Source: Mustelus asterias
Lineage: Eukaryota
Assembly (NCBI RefSeq): GCF_964213995.1
Contig: NW_027590138.1
Coordinates: 1,054,001-1,118,000 of the forward strand
DNA length: 64,000 nt
Direction: 5' to 3'
The translations under genes were made by a program, and so were the position numbers. This document shows positions 50,200-63,559 of this stretch, in pieces. Every line of letters starts with the position of its first letter. The first letter of the stretch is position 1. The notes under the pieces were generated by a model. That model ran no database searches. It was not told the DNA's origin and saw only the letters and a list, made by a program, of their open reading frames with translations.

Positions 50200-51712
50200 A
50201 CAGGCACGGGTTCTCGTCATAAACCAGCTGGTCGCCTCCATGCTGTGGTACCGGCTGGTCCCTTTGACCCCTCCCCCTGGCTTTGTCGCTGATATCCAGA
50301 AAACCCTCCTGCGGTTCTTCTGGGGCAATCGACTGCACTGGGTCCCTGCTGCGGTTCTGCATCTCCCGCTTGAGGAGGGCGGACAAGGTCTGGTGTGCCT
50401 CCGCACTCAGATAGCGACCTTCCGCCTCCAGGCCCTGCAGAGGTACCTTTACGTTGAGCCCCCTCCACAATGGTGAGCCATGGCGACGTATTTCTTCCGC
50501 CAGTGGCACAGCCTCAATTATGACGTGCAGCTCCTGCATATCGAACTGGGGCGTGCTCCGACCGCCCTGCAGGAGTTGCCCGTCTTTTCCAAGGACCTCC
50601 TCACTGTCTGGAACAAGGTCGCCTCGCGACACAGCTCTCCCCCGTCAGGAGTAGCAGCTCTCGTGCGAGAGCCGCTGCTCAGGAATCCGCTCCTCCAGCC
50701 GTATAACTTCAGGTGGCTGGCGGAGAGGGGGGCTGTGGACGCCGGGGTGACCAGAATCGGGGACGTGCTCGATGGCGGAGGAGCGGGCTGGATGAGCCCC
50801 CACGTGCTGGCTGAGCGCGCGGGGACGTCCGTCCGGCACGCGGCCAAAGCCATCCTAGACCTTAGGACGGTCGTGCTCGGCCCCAAAAGTGCACGCAAAC
50901 TTGAGGCGGCGCAGGCGTGCGGTGGGATCCCGCCCGAGCGTTCCCCTGTTCGGGCGGAATTCCACATTGGCCCAAAACTTCAACCCTCCTCCTCGGGTCA
51001 GGTGCCCCACAGCCTGAGCCGTCTCGCGGAAATGTCCTCCGTGCCTTTTTCTACCGCGCGGAGGCGTTTCCTGTGCGGGCTGCTGCTGCACACCTTCCAC
51101 TATCGCCTGTCGCCCGGATACACCTTGGCGGGCCTTGTTTCCGTAGAGGTCCCTCTATGGAGAGATTGCCCCAATTACATCGGGGACCTGGGGTGAAGGG
51201 TGATGCATGCAGCAGTTCCGCACAACTGTAGGATTCACTGGTTCACGGGCTATGAAGCTTGCCCTTTCTGTGGCCTTGTGAAGTCCGTGGACCATGTCTA
51301 TGTTTGGTGCCTTAGGTGGCACTCTCTTTTTGTTGGGGTCGGGATGGCGACCTCCTCGTGAACCTGCTCCTGGGCCTGGCGAAACGCGCCATTTACCGGT
51401 CCAGGCAGCGGGCGATCGAGGGGGCCGTCCATCCTGACTGTCTGCCCCTCTACCGCAGCTACGTTCGCGGCCAGGTGTCCCTGGAGAGGGGGCATGCGGT
51501 GTCCACGGGCGCGGTTGACGCCTTCCGTGCCCGTTGGGCACCGCAGGGGTTGGGGTGCGTTATTGACCCGAATAATCACATTTTAATTTGATGTTTTTAA
51601 GTTTCCTTTGTACTTTGATTTTGTTCGGGCTGTTCCCCCTCCTTTTGGGGAGCTGCCCCTTTTACTTTGTCCTGATTTAACTTGAGTTTGTTTATTTGTT
51701 TTGACCTAAAAG
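50200..51712 (+). mobile_element. Tx1/L1-clade LINE ORF2 C-terminal fragment with 3' UTR
   Basis: RVLVINQLVASMLWYRL..FFWGNRLHWV..LPLEEGGQGL; LLLGLAKRAIY; CPFC; T-rich 3' UTR. Confidence 0.85.
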
Positions 51713-51864
51713 AGGCCAACATTCGTGAGTAAAACACTTTCTTTTCTCATTCTGGGGGAAATTGGGGACTTGCAGCAACTGAAGGGAAAAGACGTGAATC
51801 CAGGGAGGCTGCAGACTCTGTGAAGATTGGCCCAGGTCTCTCTCTCTCTCTTAAAGACATTGAT

Positions 51865-52345
51865 ATAGAAACATAGAAGATAGGAGCAGGAGGAGGCCAT
51901 TTGGCCCTTCGAGCCTGCTCCGCCATTCATTACGATCATGGCTGATCATCCAACTCAGTAGTCTCATCCTGCTTTTTCCCCATAACCTGTGATCCCATTC
52001 GCTCCAAGTGCTTTATCCAGCCGCCTCTTGAATACCTTCAATGTTTTGGCACCAACTACTTCCTGTGGTAATAAATTCCACAGACTCACCACTCTTTGGG
52101 TGAAGAAATGTCTCCTCACCTCCGTCCTAAATGGTCTACCCTGAATCCTCAGACTGTGACCCCCGGTTCTGGACTCCATCGGGAACATCCTCCCTGCATC
52201 TATCCTGTCTCGACCTGTTAGAATTTTATCAGTCTCTATGAGATTCCCCCCTCATTCATCTGAACTCCAACGAAAACAATCCTAACCTGGTCAATCTCTC
52301 CTCCTACATCAGTCCCGCGATTCCCTGAATCAGCCTGGTGAACAT
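51865..52345 (-). mobile_element. CR1 3' fragment
   Basis: SRTGGHSLRIQGRPFRTEVRRHFFTQRVV. Confidence 0.8.
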
Positions 52346-54020
52346 CCTTTGCTCCCTCAGCTTGACACATTTATTTGTCTGTCTAAAAGGATGGTCTTTT
52401 TCCTCATGTTCACATTAAAGGACAGCTTTCCTCAGGAGATGGCTGACATTTAAGGGGACAGAACGTTAATATAGGACAGAGATATGTCTGGTGTTATTAT
52501 ATGGTACCCAGATTAGATATATTATTTATGTTTCTGTAATAAAATACTTTTATTATTAGTTCTTGCATTGTAATATAATGCTGTAGCGATGTTATACATT
52601 TCCAGTCATAAAGTCATTACAGCACAGAAGGAATCCATTCGGTAACTCGAGTCCATGCTGACTCTCTGTATAACATTCCAGTCCCAATCCCCCTCTATAT
52701 CCCCATTCTCCTGAAAGTTTATTTCCTTCAAATGCCCAACCACTTTCATTTTTAAATAGAATCCATAGATATGGATGGAGAGTTACAACTTTTTGGGAAT
52801 GAAATAGGAAAGAATGTTCCATAGAAACTAGAAATGTCTGCTCTGAATTTCTATCCTATACTGACTGTGATGACTTTTGCAAACTCATTTCAGAGGATAT
52901 TGAATGAGGAATCAAAGGCAAAAATCTCAACCGTCACGTCTAGACAGAGTCATATTCCTTGGGATCTGAATATCTTGTAATATGGAACTGTAGTTACGTT
53001 ATATATTTCCAGACATCTCTTCCCTCAGAGGGTTGTTAGTCTTTTGGATTTCTCTTCCACAGGGACCAGTGGAGGCTGAGGATCATTGAATATATTCCAG
53101 TTAGACAGATCTTTGACTGACAAAGGTGTCAAGAGTTATGGGGAACAGACAAGAAGATGGAGCAAAAGCTAATATGTGAGGGGATTTCTTCACTCAAGGA
53201 TGTGCTAAAGCTTTGGAATTCTCAACCCCTGAGGACAGTGAAGCCTCAGTCATCAACTATTTTCAAGAGAGAGATTGATTGGTTTCTAGATATTGAAGCT
53301 ATCAAGGGATATGGGTTTAGTGTGGGGAGAATGATGCTGAGGTAGATGAACGAATTATCTCATTGAATAGTTTAAAAGGCTCGATGGACCAAATGGCCGA
53401 CTGCAGCTCCAATTTGTTATGGTCTCTGTGTCCAGGACAGGAAGCAGTGAGCATGGATCTGTCAATCAGCCTCAATCAGCACCTTCAGGAGAATTGGGAG
53501 GGTGAATATTAGATACAGCAGAGTGAGAATGGAGGGAGAGTGTGTGGGATGGAGATTCACAGCTTTTTGGGACTGAAATAGGAAAGAATGTTCCATAGAA
53601 ACTCGAATTGTCTGTTTTGAATTTCTATCCTGCACTGACACTGATGACTTTTGTAAACTCATTTTCCAGGATACTGAAAGAGGAATCACAGACTGAAATC
53701 TCAAACTTCACGTCTAGATCTGACAGAGTCATATTCCTTGGGAGCTGAATATCATCGGCCTTTGAATCCAGAAGGAGAAATGATTGCCCGGTCTGTTGAT
53801 TTGAAAAGATTTCAAACATCAGTGTGACTGGAAAAGCATCGACACACTGCCACACTAGAGTGAGAGTGTTCCAGTGCACTGACTAAAGAGCTTTAAGCAG
53901 TTACACAGCCTGAATAAATATCACACCATTCACAGCGGGGAGAGACTGTACCCGTGTTCTGTGTGTGGACGAGGCTTCAACTGATTGGTCACCCAAGGGA
54001 GAGGCAAGGACACCTGCACC

Positions 54021-54779
54021 ATGGAGAAACCATGGAAATGTGTGGACTGTGGGAAGAGGTACAGAGTCCCATCTCAGCTGGAAGCTCATCGGCGCAGCCA
54101 CACTGGGGAGAGGCCGTTCACCTGCTCTCAGTGTGGGGAGGGATTCACTCGGTCATCCGAACTGCAGAGACACCAGCGAGTTCACACTGGGGAGAGACCG
54201 TTCACCTGCTCTCAGTGTGGGGAGGGATTCACTCAGTCATCTGACCTGCAGAGACATCAGCGAGTTCACACTGGGGAGAGGCCGTTCACCTGCTCTCAGT
54301 GTGGGAAGGGATTCACTCGATCATCCTACCTGCAGTCACACCAGCGAGTTCACACTGGGGAGAGGCCATTCACCTGCTCTCAGTGTGGGAAGGGATTCAC
54401 TTGTTCATCCAGCCTGCGGATGCACCAGCGAGTTCACACTGGGGAGAGACCATTCACCTGCTCTCAGTGTGGGGAGGGATTCACTTGTTCATCCCACCTG
54501 CGGAGGCACCAGCGAGTTCACACTGGGGAGAGACCATTCACCTGTTCTCAGTGTGGGAAGGGATTCACTCGGGTATCCAACCTGCGGGCACATCAGCAAG
54601 TTCACACTGGGGAGAAACCGTTCACCTGCTCTCAGTGTGGGAAGGGATTCACTCGGTCATGCAACCTGCGGACGCACCACCGAGTTCACACTGGGGAGAG
54701 GCCGTTCACCTGCTCTCAGTGTGGGAAGGGATTCAGAGTTTCATCCGACCTACTGAGACACCAACAAGTTCACAAGTGA
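54021..54779 (+). CDS. C2H2 zinc-finger protein, 9 fingers (ZNF-H; inverted paralog of ZNF-F)
   Basis: Open ORF from [10 protein letters not shown] with homogeneous CSQC fingers. Confidence 0.9.
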   Translation: MEKPWKCVDCGKRYRVPSQLEAHRRSHTGERPFTCSQCGEGFTRSSELQRHQRVHTGERPFTCSQCGEGFTQSSDLQRHQRVHTGERPFTCSQCGKGFTRSSYLQSHQRVHTGERPFTCSQCGKGFTCSSSLRMHQRVHTGERPFTCSQCGEGFTCSSHLRRHQRVHTGERPFTCSQCGKGFTRVSNLRAHQQVHTGEKPFTCSQCGKGFTRSCNLRTHHRVHTGERPFTCSQCGKGFRVSSDLLRHQQVHK

Positions 54780-54872
54780 TTCCAGGGGTTGGATTCTGCT
54801 GTTATTGTTTCTGCTCTCAATTCCATCCAGGACTGCATTTTGTTCATTCTCACAGTTGGTCAATGGGGAGGA

Positions 54873-55277
54873 TGCTCTGATTGTGGGAAGGGATTCACTG
54901 ATTCATCCAACCTGCTGAAACACCAGAGAATTCATAACGGGGAGAGGCCATTTATCTGCTCCGAGTGTGGGATGGGATTTACTCAGTCATTCAACCTGCT
55001 AAAACACCAGCGAGTTCACACTGGAGAGAGGCCATTCACTTGCTCCAGTTGTGGGAAGGGATTCATTGATTCATCCACCTTGCTGAGACACCAGCGAGTT
55101 CACACCAGGGAGAGACCATTCACCTGCTCTGATTATGGCAAGGGATTCAGTCAATCATCCAACCTGGTAAAGCACCAGCAAATTCACACTGGGGACAGGC
55201 CATTCACCTGCTCCGTGTGTGGGAAGGGATTCACTCAGTCACCTCACCTGCTGAAACACCATCATGTTCACGAGTGA
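54873..55277 (+). pseudogene. 5'-truncated zinc-finger array (5 fingers) fused into the ZNF-H 3' UTR
   Basis: [14 protein letters not shown]; in frame with ZNF-H. Confidence 0.7.
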
Positions 55278-56299
55278 CTGCAAGGACTGAATTTTGCTGT
55301 TAATCACATCGAGGTCCCAACCATTTTCATTGGTGTCTGTTTCTGCTGATGTTAATAAACCCTGGCCCAGTTGTAAGATTTGTATTGTGGATTGTCTTGT
55401 CTGAGTCCTGAACTCGTAAATAAAAACAAGAAGTGCTGTAAAAACTCAGCAGGTCTGACAGCATCTCTGGAGAGAGAAACAGAGCTAATGTTTTGACACT
55501 GAAGAAGAGTCACATTCAACTGGAAACATTAACTGTTCCTGTCTTTACAGATTCTGTCAGACTTACTGAGATTTTGCAGCAACTTCTGTTTTTAGAATGA
55601 CGGTGAATGCTGGATACATGAATCAGAGATTGGTGTAAAACTGGGATCTGCTCCTAAATCAAAGTGAAACAGCAGGTTAAAGTTTCCAGTCTGAAAAGTA
55701 CTTTGGTTATTATACTATATCTACCATTTTAAGGCTGGTTTTAACTCATTTAAAATAAACCTATTTAAAATATATTTGTTCAAGTCAGTATTAAAATACG
55801 AGTTGGATGAGTTCACAGGAGCCTGTTAACCGCTGGGACAATTATTCAACAAACATTGGATCTCCAGATAGAGAAGAAGCTGCAGTTTGTTTGCAGGAAT
55901 TCCCTGTTTTATTGATGTGCGTGTGTTAGACATCAGGATAACTAAAACTACACAAACCTGGACATCAATGGTGATCTGATTGACAGTTACTCTGGGAATC
56001 ACTCCCACTGTGAAACTTCAGCACTGACACTGCTGAATTTTGTCGGCTCAGGGAGTGGGACCTCCAGGAGTGGACTGTAAGAAAAGCTGGGTTTCAGTAT
56101 CCTGACTAATATATGGTGAGGAACCAGAAAAATCCTTACTGAGGAACTGTCTGGGGTTTTACCAGTGTAGGTTCAGGGGCGAATGATTCCTGACTCCCTG
56201 AAATGTCTGATATTGAACCCAGTTTGGAACAAGATTCATTCAGTTTCCAGGAGAATAGGGACAAATATCACCCACAACTGAGAGAGAGAAAAACAGCCA

Positions 56300-57100
56300 C
56301 CTTGATCAATGACTTGGATGAAGCCAGAATTGATGATACAAAGATAGGTAGAAAAGCAAGTTGTGAGGGTGTTACAAAAAATCTGTAAGGGACACAGATA
56401 AGTTACCTGAATGGACAGAAAAATGGCAGATGGAGTATAGTGCGGGAAAGTGGGAGCTTTTCCACTTTGGCAGGAAGAATAGAGAAGCAGAAAATTGTTT
56501 AAATATACAGAAACTGAAGAATACTGCCGTAGAGAGGAATCTGGGTGTCCTTGTACATGAATCGTGAACAAGTAGGATGAAGGTACAGCAAGTAAAGAAG
56601 AAGGCAAATGGAGTGTTGGACTTTACTGCAAGGGGGTGGAGTTTGAAAAAGGGAACTTGCTGCACCTACACAGGACATTGCTGAGATAGCAGCTGGAATA
56701 CTGTGTACGGTTCTGGTCTCCCTACTGATGGAATGACATGTTTTCATTGGAATGAGTTCAGAGAAGGTCCATTCCTCAGATGAAGGTGTTGTCTTTTGAG
56801 GAAAGATTGTAAGGTGTAGGTGAGAATTCTCCCATCCCGCCCACCACAGGTATCGTCGCGGGCAGAGGGGCGGGACCACAAAGGCCCATTGACCTCGGGC
56901 AGGATTGTCCAGTTTTGGGGTGAGCGCGGCCGGAGAATCCAACTCATTGTCTTTTGAGGAAAGGTTGCACCTCTAATCATTAGGTTTAGAAGAATGAGCA
57001 GTGAACTTTCTGAAACATATAAGATTCTCATGGGGGGTTGACAGGCTAGAGGCCAAGAGGATGATTCATGAAGGAGTCTTGAACTTGGTGCCACAGATCA
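56300..57100 (+). mobile_element. Old CR1 RT fragment
   Basis: LINDLDE..DDTKIG decayed reading. Confidence 0.65.
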
Positions 57101-58479
57101 ACAAGAGTCAAGGGTATTGTTTCAGCCCTTACAGACACCAATACTTTATCCTCAGTTTTAGTCATGTTAGCTGGTGTTGTCCACCCAATGGGACAGGCTC
57201 TGTTTCACGTGAGAGTTTTTGATTTGATTTGATTTACTATTGTCACATGTATTGGGATACAGTGAAAGGTATTGTTTCTTGTGCGCTATACTGACAAAAC
57301 ATACATTCTAAAGTACATCGGGGAAAAGGAAAAAAGAGGGTGTAGAATATAGTGTTACAGTCATAGCGAGGGTGTAGAATAAGATCAATTTAATATACGT
57401 TGGTCCATTCAAAAGTCGGATAGCAGGGAAGAAGCTGCTCTTGAGTCAGTTGGTACATCACGTGGGTGGGTGGGTGGGAGGATGGCTGCGTGTGTTAGTT
57501 TTTGTGCATGAGGATGTTGGTATCTGAGTGAAGCTGCTTCTCATCAGCTGCAACACAACCTTCGTCCAAGCAGACAATGATAGGTCTCTGATTTTCCAAC
57601 TGAGTGATTTGAGTGATCCAGAGATTCTCCATCCAGGCTGACTGTGTGCTGCGTAAAACCTGACATCTACACAACCTGACCCCACTTCTCCTGCAACAAT
57701 ATGAAGTGTCGGCTGCTTTCCTGATCCCTTCCTTTCCCCTCACCATTATCCTCAGATAGTTCACAAATTCCATTGTACCTCATCCTCCAATGGTCTCCAT
57801 TTTAAATATTTCCATCAGTCTTGCCAACAGATAGCAATGGGATTGCTGCTATCACAGTGATAAACTCTGAAATACTGCCTCTCTGATCTAGATCTCCCCA
57901 CCATATCATCATGTGTTCCACTTTTTAATATGAGGAAATTAATATAATTTAACTTTCAACAGTACCTTCCAACACTGCGACCTTTACCTTCCAATCCTAC
58001 AAACTCTACCACCTCGAGACAAGGGCAGCAGATAATTGGCAACATGGACAACTGACGTTATCAAAGAATGAAGAACAGTACAGCAGAGGAACAGACCCTT
58101 CACCGAAAAACAATGGCACCCAAGACATAAACAATCCTGACTTGGAATCATGTTGCTGTCTTTTCACTGTCGCTGATCAAAAATCCTGGAAATCCCTTCC
58201 TAACAGCATCTTCGACTGCGGCAAACTTATAAATATAGGAGAGAAGATCATTCAGTCCCTTGACCCATTTAATTAGATCACGGCTGATCTGACAGTAACT
58301 TCAAATCTGCAGTTCAAGAAGGCAGCCCCAACCACCTTCTCAAGAATAATTTGGGGTGGGCGACTGATGCTGGTTGAGTCAGCAATGCCCACATTGTATA
58401 AACAAATATAAAACCCCATTAAAACTGATTCAGCGCACCCCCTCCCCACAGAATGAAAAAGATTGGCTTTAAGATCAGT

Positions 58480-59460
58480 TAGAACCACAGAACCGTAGGA
58501 CATTACAGCACAGAAACAGGCCATTTGTCCCTTCTTGGCTGTGCCGAACCATTTTTCTGCCTAGTCCCACTGACCTGCACCTGGACCACATCCCTCCACA
58601 CCCCTCTCACCCATGTACCTGTCCAAGTTTTTCTTAAATGTTAAAAGTGAGCCCACATTCACCACTTCATCTGGCAGCTCATTCCACACTCGCACCACTC
58701 TCTGTGTGAAGAAGCCCCCCCCCTAATATTCCCTTCAAACTTTTCCCCCCTCACCCTTAACCCATGTCCTCTAGTTATTTTCTCCCCTAGCCTCAGTGGA
58801 AAAAGCCTGCTTGCATTCATTCTATCTGTACCCATCATAATTTTATACACCTCTATCAAATCTCCCCTCATTCTTCTACGCTCCAGGGAATAAAGTCCTA
58901 ACCTTTCTCTGTAACTCAGTTTCTCAAGACCCGGCAACATCCTTGTAAACCTTCTCTGCACTCTTTCAACCTTATTAATATCCCTCCTGTAATTAGGTGA
59001 CCAAAACTGCACAAAATACTCTAAATTCGGCCTCACCAATGTCTTATACAACTTCACCATAACATTCCAACTCCACACACAGCCTTTCTATTTGTGATTT
59101 TGCATGAACTATTAACATCATTTATTTTCACCAACGCTCCACTATCTGCTCTGGCACTCTGGTTCCCATCCCCCTGCAAATCTAGTTTAAACCCTTCCCA
59201 ATAACACTAGCAAACCTTCCTGCAAGTATATTGGTCCCCTTGTAGTTCAGGTGTAACCCATCTCTCTTGTACAGGTCCCACCTGCCCCAGAAGAGGTTCC
59301 AATGATATAGAAATCTGAAACCCTGCCCCCTACACCAGTTCCTCAGCCACGTGTTCATCCGCCTGAGCATCCTACTCTTACCCTCACTGGCACGTGGCAC
59401 AGGTAGCAATCCTGAGATTACTCCCCTCGGGGTCCTGCTTTTTAACTTCCCACCAAGTTG
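58480..59460 (-). mobile_element. Internally deleted CR1 (ORF1 end and ORF2 start joined to the ORF2 3' end at ~59075)
   Basis: ISGLLPVPR..DGLHLN..GLN* then LYKTLVRPNLEY.. Confidence 0.85.
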
Positions 59461-59503
59461 TTCCTTTGTAGTCACTGATATTTAACTGATATTCCTTTAT
59501 AGT

Positions 59504-59538
59504 CACCTGATGAAGGAGCAGCGCTCCGAAAGCTAGTG
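59504..59538 (+). ncRNA. Minimal hammerhead ribozyme motif in a short Penelope terminus
   Basis: CAC-CTGATGA-A-GGAGC-AGC-GCTCC-GAAAGCTA-GTG. Confidence 0.75.
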
Positions 59539-59667
59539 GCTTTTGCTACCAAATAAACCTGTTGGACTTTAATCTGGTGGTGTGAGATTTCTTACTCTAT
59601 TCTCTCTCCACAGATGGTCAGTCCTGCTGAGATTTTCCAACATTTACTGTCTTTATCTCAGTGATAA

Positions 59668-60483
<816 letters not shown>

Positions 60484-60559
60484 ATATGATGTAAAGAAAA
60501 TCAGCCGCAAAAAATCCTTTGTGAACAGACAAAACAAAAACAGCTTTCACAATGATGCA

Positions 60560-61195
60560 GTTTCAGCCAATGAGGGAGACCCGGACTCAGCCCCGCCCCC
60601 ATTCACTCTGGTTGGTTGGAGGACCAGCTGCTCCTGCTCGATCCTCCAGCCCCGCCCCCTTTTCCTTGGTCCGGAACCGCTGTCAATCACTGTCCGGTCA
60701 TTGTGATGTGGAGCATGCGCAGTGCCGCTGGGAGCTCAGGATTGCGGCGGTGGGAATTTTCAGCTGATCCGACACCGCCGGGTGGGGAATGAGGGGGGGA
60801 TGGAGCCGGCGGGTGGGTAATGAGGGGGGGATGGAGCCGGCGGGTGGGTAATGAGGGGGGATGGAGCCGGGGGGTGGGTTCGAGGCTTCATAAACACCCC
60901 GAGTCGGCCCCAAGCACCGAATACAAAGCTCGGGTGCGGGTTGTGAAGCGGGGAAATCAGCTCCCGCTTTTCCCCGGAACAGGCCCAGAATCCCCGCCGC
61001 CGTCTTCATCGGGAGCCTCTCCGGCTCGACGCATGCGCACTGAGGAAGCCTCGAGCGAGGCTCCTCCCCTCATTCACTCCGATTGGTTGGAGGACCAGCC
61101 GCTCCCGCTCGGTCCTCCAGCCTCGCCGCCTCTTCCTATTGGTCCGGACCTGCTGTCAATCACCCCGGGGCATTGTGATGTGGGCGGGGAGGATT
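60560..61195. promoter_or_regulatory. Duplicated CpG promoter modules flanking a G-rich ~31-bp repeat
   Basis: 60590-60725 resembles 61060-61185; GCATGCGCA, CCAAT/ATTGG, GC boxes; repeat at 60780-60875. Confidence 0.55.
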
Positions 61196-61284
61196 CACAA
61201 ACACCCGCTGGAGGCCCCAACACCCCCAATAAGACCCATTGGTATTATTGTCAGTCTGCAGACAGGAGCTGGAGAACTGTTCAC

Positions 61285-61430
61285 AATAAGAAGTCTCAAC
61301 ACCAGGTTAAAGACCAACAGGTTTATTTGGTAGCAAATGCCATAAGCTTTCAGAGCGCTGCTCCTTCGTCAGATGGAGTCTGACGAAGGAGCAGTGTTCA
61401 CCCCAGTCCAACGCCGGCATCTCCACATCA
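61285..61430. mobile_element. Collapsed palindromic Penelope terminus with decayed hammerhead motifs
   Basis: CCATAAGCTTTCAGAGCGCTGCTCCTTCGTCAGATGG then TCTGACGAAGGAGCAG..CATCTCCACATCA. Confidence 0.7.
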
Positions 61431-61930
61431 GAACTGAACACAGGCAGAGGAGAGGGAGGGAGAAAACTGGGGGTGGAGGAAAGAAATGGTGGAGATGGGT
61501 TTGGATTTCAGCCCAGGGAGGAGGGAGAGTGTGTGGGATGGGGATTTACAGATTTGGGGGAACAAGAGAGGAAAAAATGTTCCAGAGAAACTAGAATTGT
61601 CTGTTCAGAATTTCTATCCTGGACTGACGGTGATGACTTTTGTAAACTCTTTTTACGGGATCTTAGAAACGATGATTGCAGATGGGAAACTCAAACCAAA
61701 CTTAAGTTTGACAGTCAGTTGGTTCATCATGACCTGAATATCATCACCTTTGAGGTTGAAAGGATAATTGTTCGTTTGTTCTGTCTGAGGGAAAATATTT
61801 TAAACATCAGTGTTACTGGAAAAGCACCAAGAGACACACGCACAGCTGAGTGAGAATGTTCCAGTGAACTGATTGCAGAAAGAGCTTTAACCAGTTCCAC
61901 AGCCTGATAAAACATCACACCATTCACAGT

Positions 61931-62915
61931 GTGGACGAGCCTTCAACTAATCATCCAACCTGGAGAGACACAAGGACACCGGCACCATGGAACTGTGAGG
62001 ACTGTGGGAAAGAATTCAGTTATAGATCCCAGCTGGAATATCATAGACACAGTCACAGTGGGGCCGATGCCTTGGAGAAACCGTGGAAATGTGAGGATTG
62101 TGGGAAAGGATTCAATTACCCATCCCTGTTGGACAACCACTGGCGCACTCACACTGGGGAGCGGCCATTCACCTGTTCTGTGTTTGGAAAGGGATTTACT
62201 CAGCCAACTGGCCTCATGTTACACCAGCGCATTCACACTGAGGAGAGGCTGTTCAGCTGCACTCACTGTGGAAAAAGGTTCAGGTCTTCATCAGACCTCA
62301 GTCAACATCATCGCGTTCACACTGGGGAGAGGCCATTCACCTGCTCCATGTGTGGGAAGGGATTCACAAAGTCCTCCAACCTGGTGACACACCAGCAAAT
62401 TCACTCTGAGGAGAAGCTGTTCAGCTGCACTTTCTGTGGAAAGAGGTTCAGGTATTCACACAGCCTCGAAGAACACCAGCGAATTCACACTGGGGAGAAG
62501 CCTTTCACCTGTTCAGTCTGTGGACAGGGATTCACTCAGTCATCCAGTCTGGTGAATCATCAGCGAGTTCACACTGGGGAGAGGCCATTCAGCTGCACCT
62601 CCTGTGGGAAGAGTTTCAAGCAGGCATATGCCCTCATTGAACACCAGTGAGTTCACACTGGGGAGAGACCATTCACCTGCTCGGTGTGTGGGAAGGGATT
62701 CACTGTGTCATCCAGCCTCAAGGCATACCAGCAAATTCACGCTGAGGACAAGCCATTCAGCTGCTCTGACTGTGGGAAGAGTTTCAGGACTTCATCTGCT
62801 CTCTTTGTACACCAGCGAGTTCACACTGGGGAGAGACCATTTGCCTGCTCTGTGTGTGGGAAGGGATTCACTCGGTCCTGCAACCTCGTGACACATGAGT
62901 GAATCCATATGTGAC
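61931..62915 (+). pseudogene. C2H2 zinc-finger pseudogene (ZNF-I)
   Basis: MEKPW start lost by deletion; TGA at 62648-62650 and 62900-62902. Confidence 0.8.
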
Positions 62916-63559
62916 TGAGAGATTGGATTCAGCTGTTTCTGCTAATGTTCATTACATCCAGGATTGATAGTTGGACAATTTTAAGTTTGTTCCTGTTGAT
63001 GTAACAACCCTATAACTGGCTGAAGTTTAATATTCTGTAGATGTCACTGACCTTCGAGGCTACAGTGTCCCTTTTTAAAGGCACCATCTGTGATCTTTCA
63101 GCTGAATTCAAGAACTCTCAACGGAAATTTGGTTGCAATAAGACTGAACTTTTTACTTCAATCCTAAATTGACCTTTGATGCAAAATCTACAATTCATTG
63201 TCTCCCAAGAATGTGGGTTCTCATCAAGTGGAGGTGACTTTGCCAGCTTGGGTACATTCACAGGATAGAGGATGGTCACTCCAGCGGCTCAGCAACAAGA
63301 GCCAACATCGAAAACAACAACCCACAACCAGACCTGAGAACCACTTCATATGTGGCACTTGAAGCAGAACCACCTCTCACAGATTGGTCTCTGCAGCCAA
63401 CAGTATCAGTGAACCAGGGAGTGGGTGGGCCTTGAGGGTGCCAGTGACCAGGAGAGAAAACAATCTTCTTGATTTTGCACAGAGGGGCAAGAGAACTGAA
63501 GCCAGACAGACTGGAGGGAGGGAGGAAACAGGGAGTGGAGGACAGAAATGGTGGAGATG

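Noticed and set aside
53965-54880. Long alternative-frame ORFs over ZNF exons ([16 protein letters not shown] and [12 protein letters not shown] repeats; also 22334, 36143, 19618)
   Set aside because: Expected shadow frames of repetitive finger codons; no independent evidence of coding.
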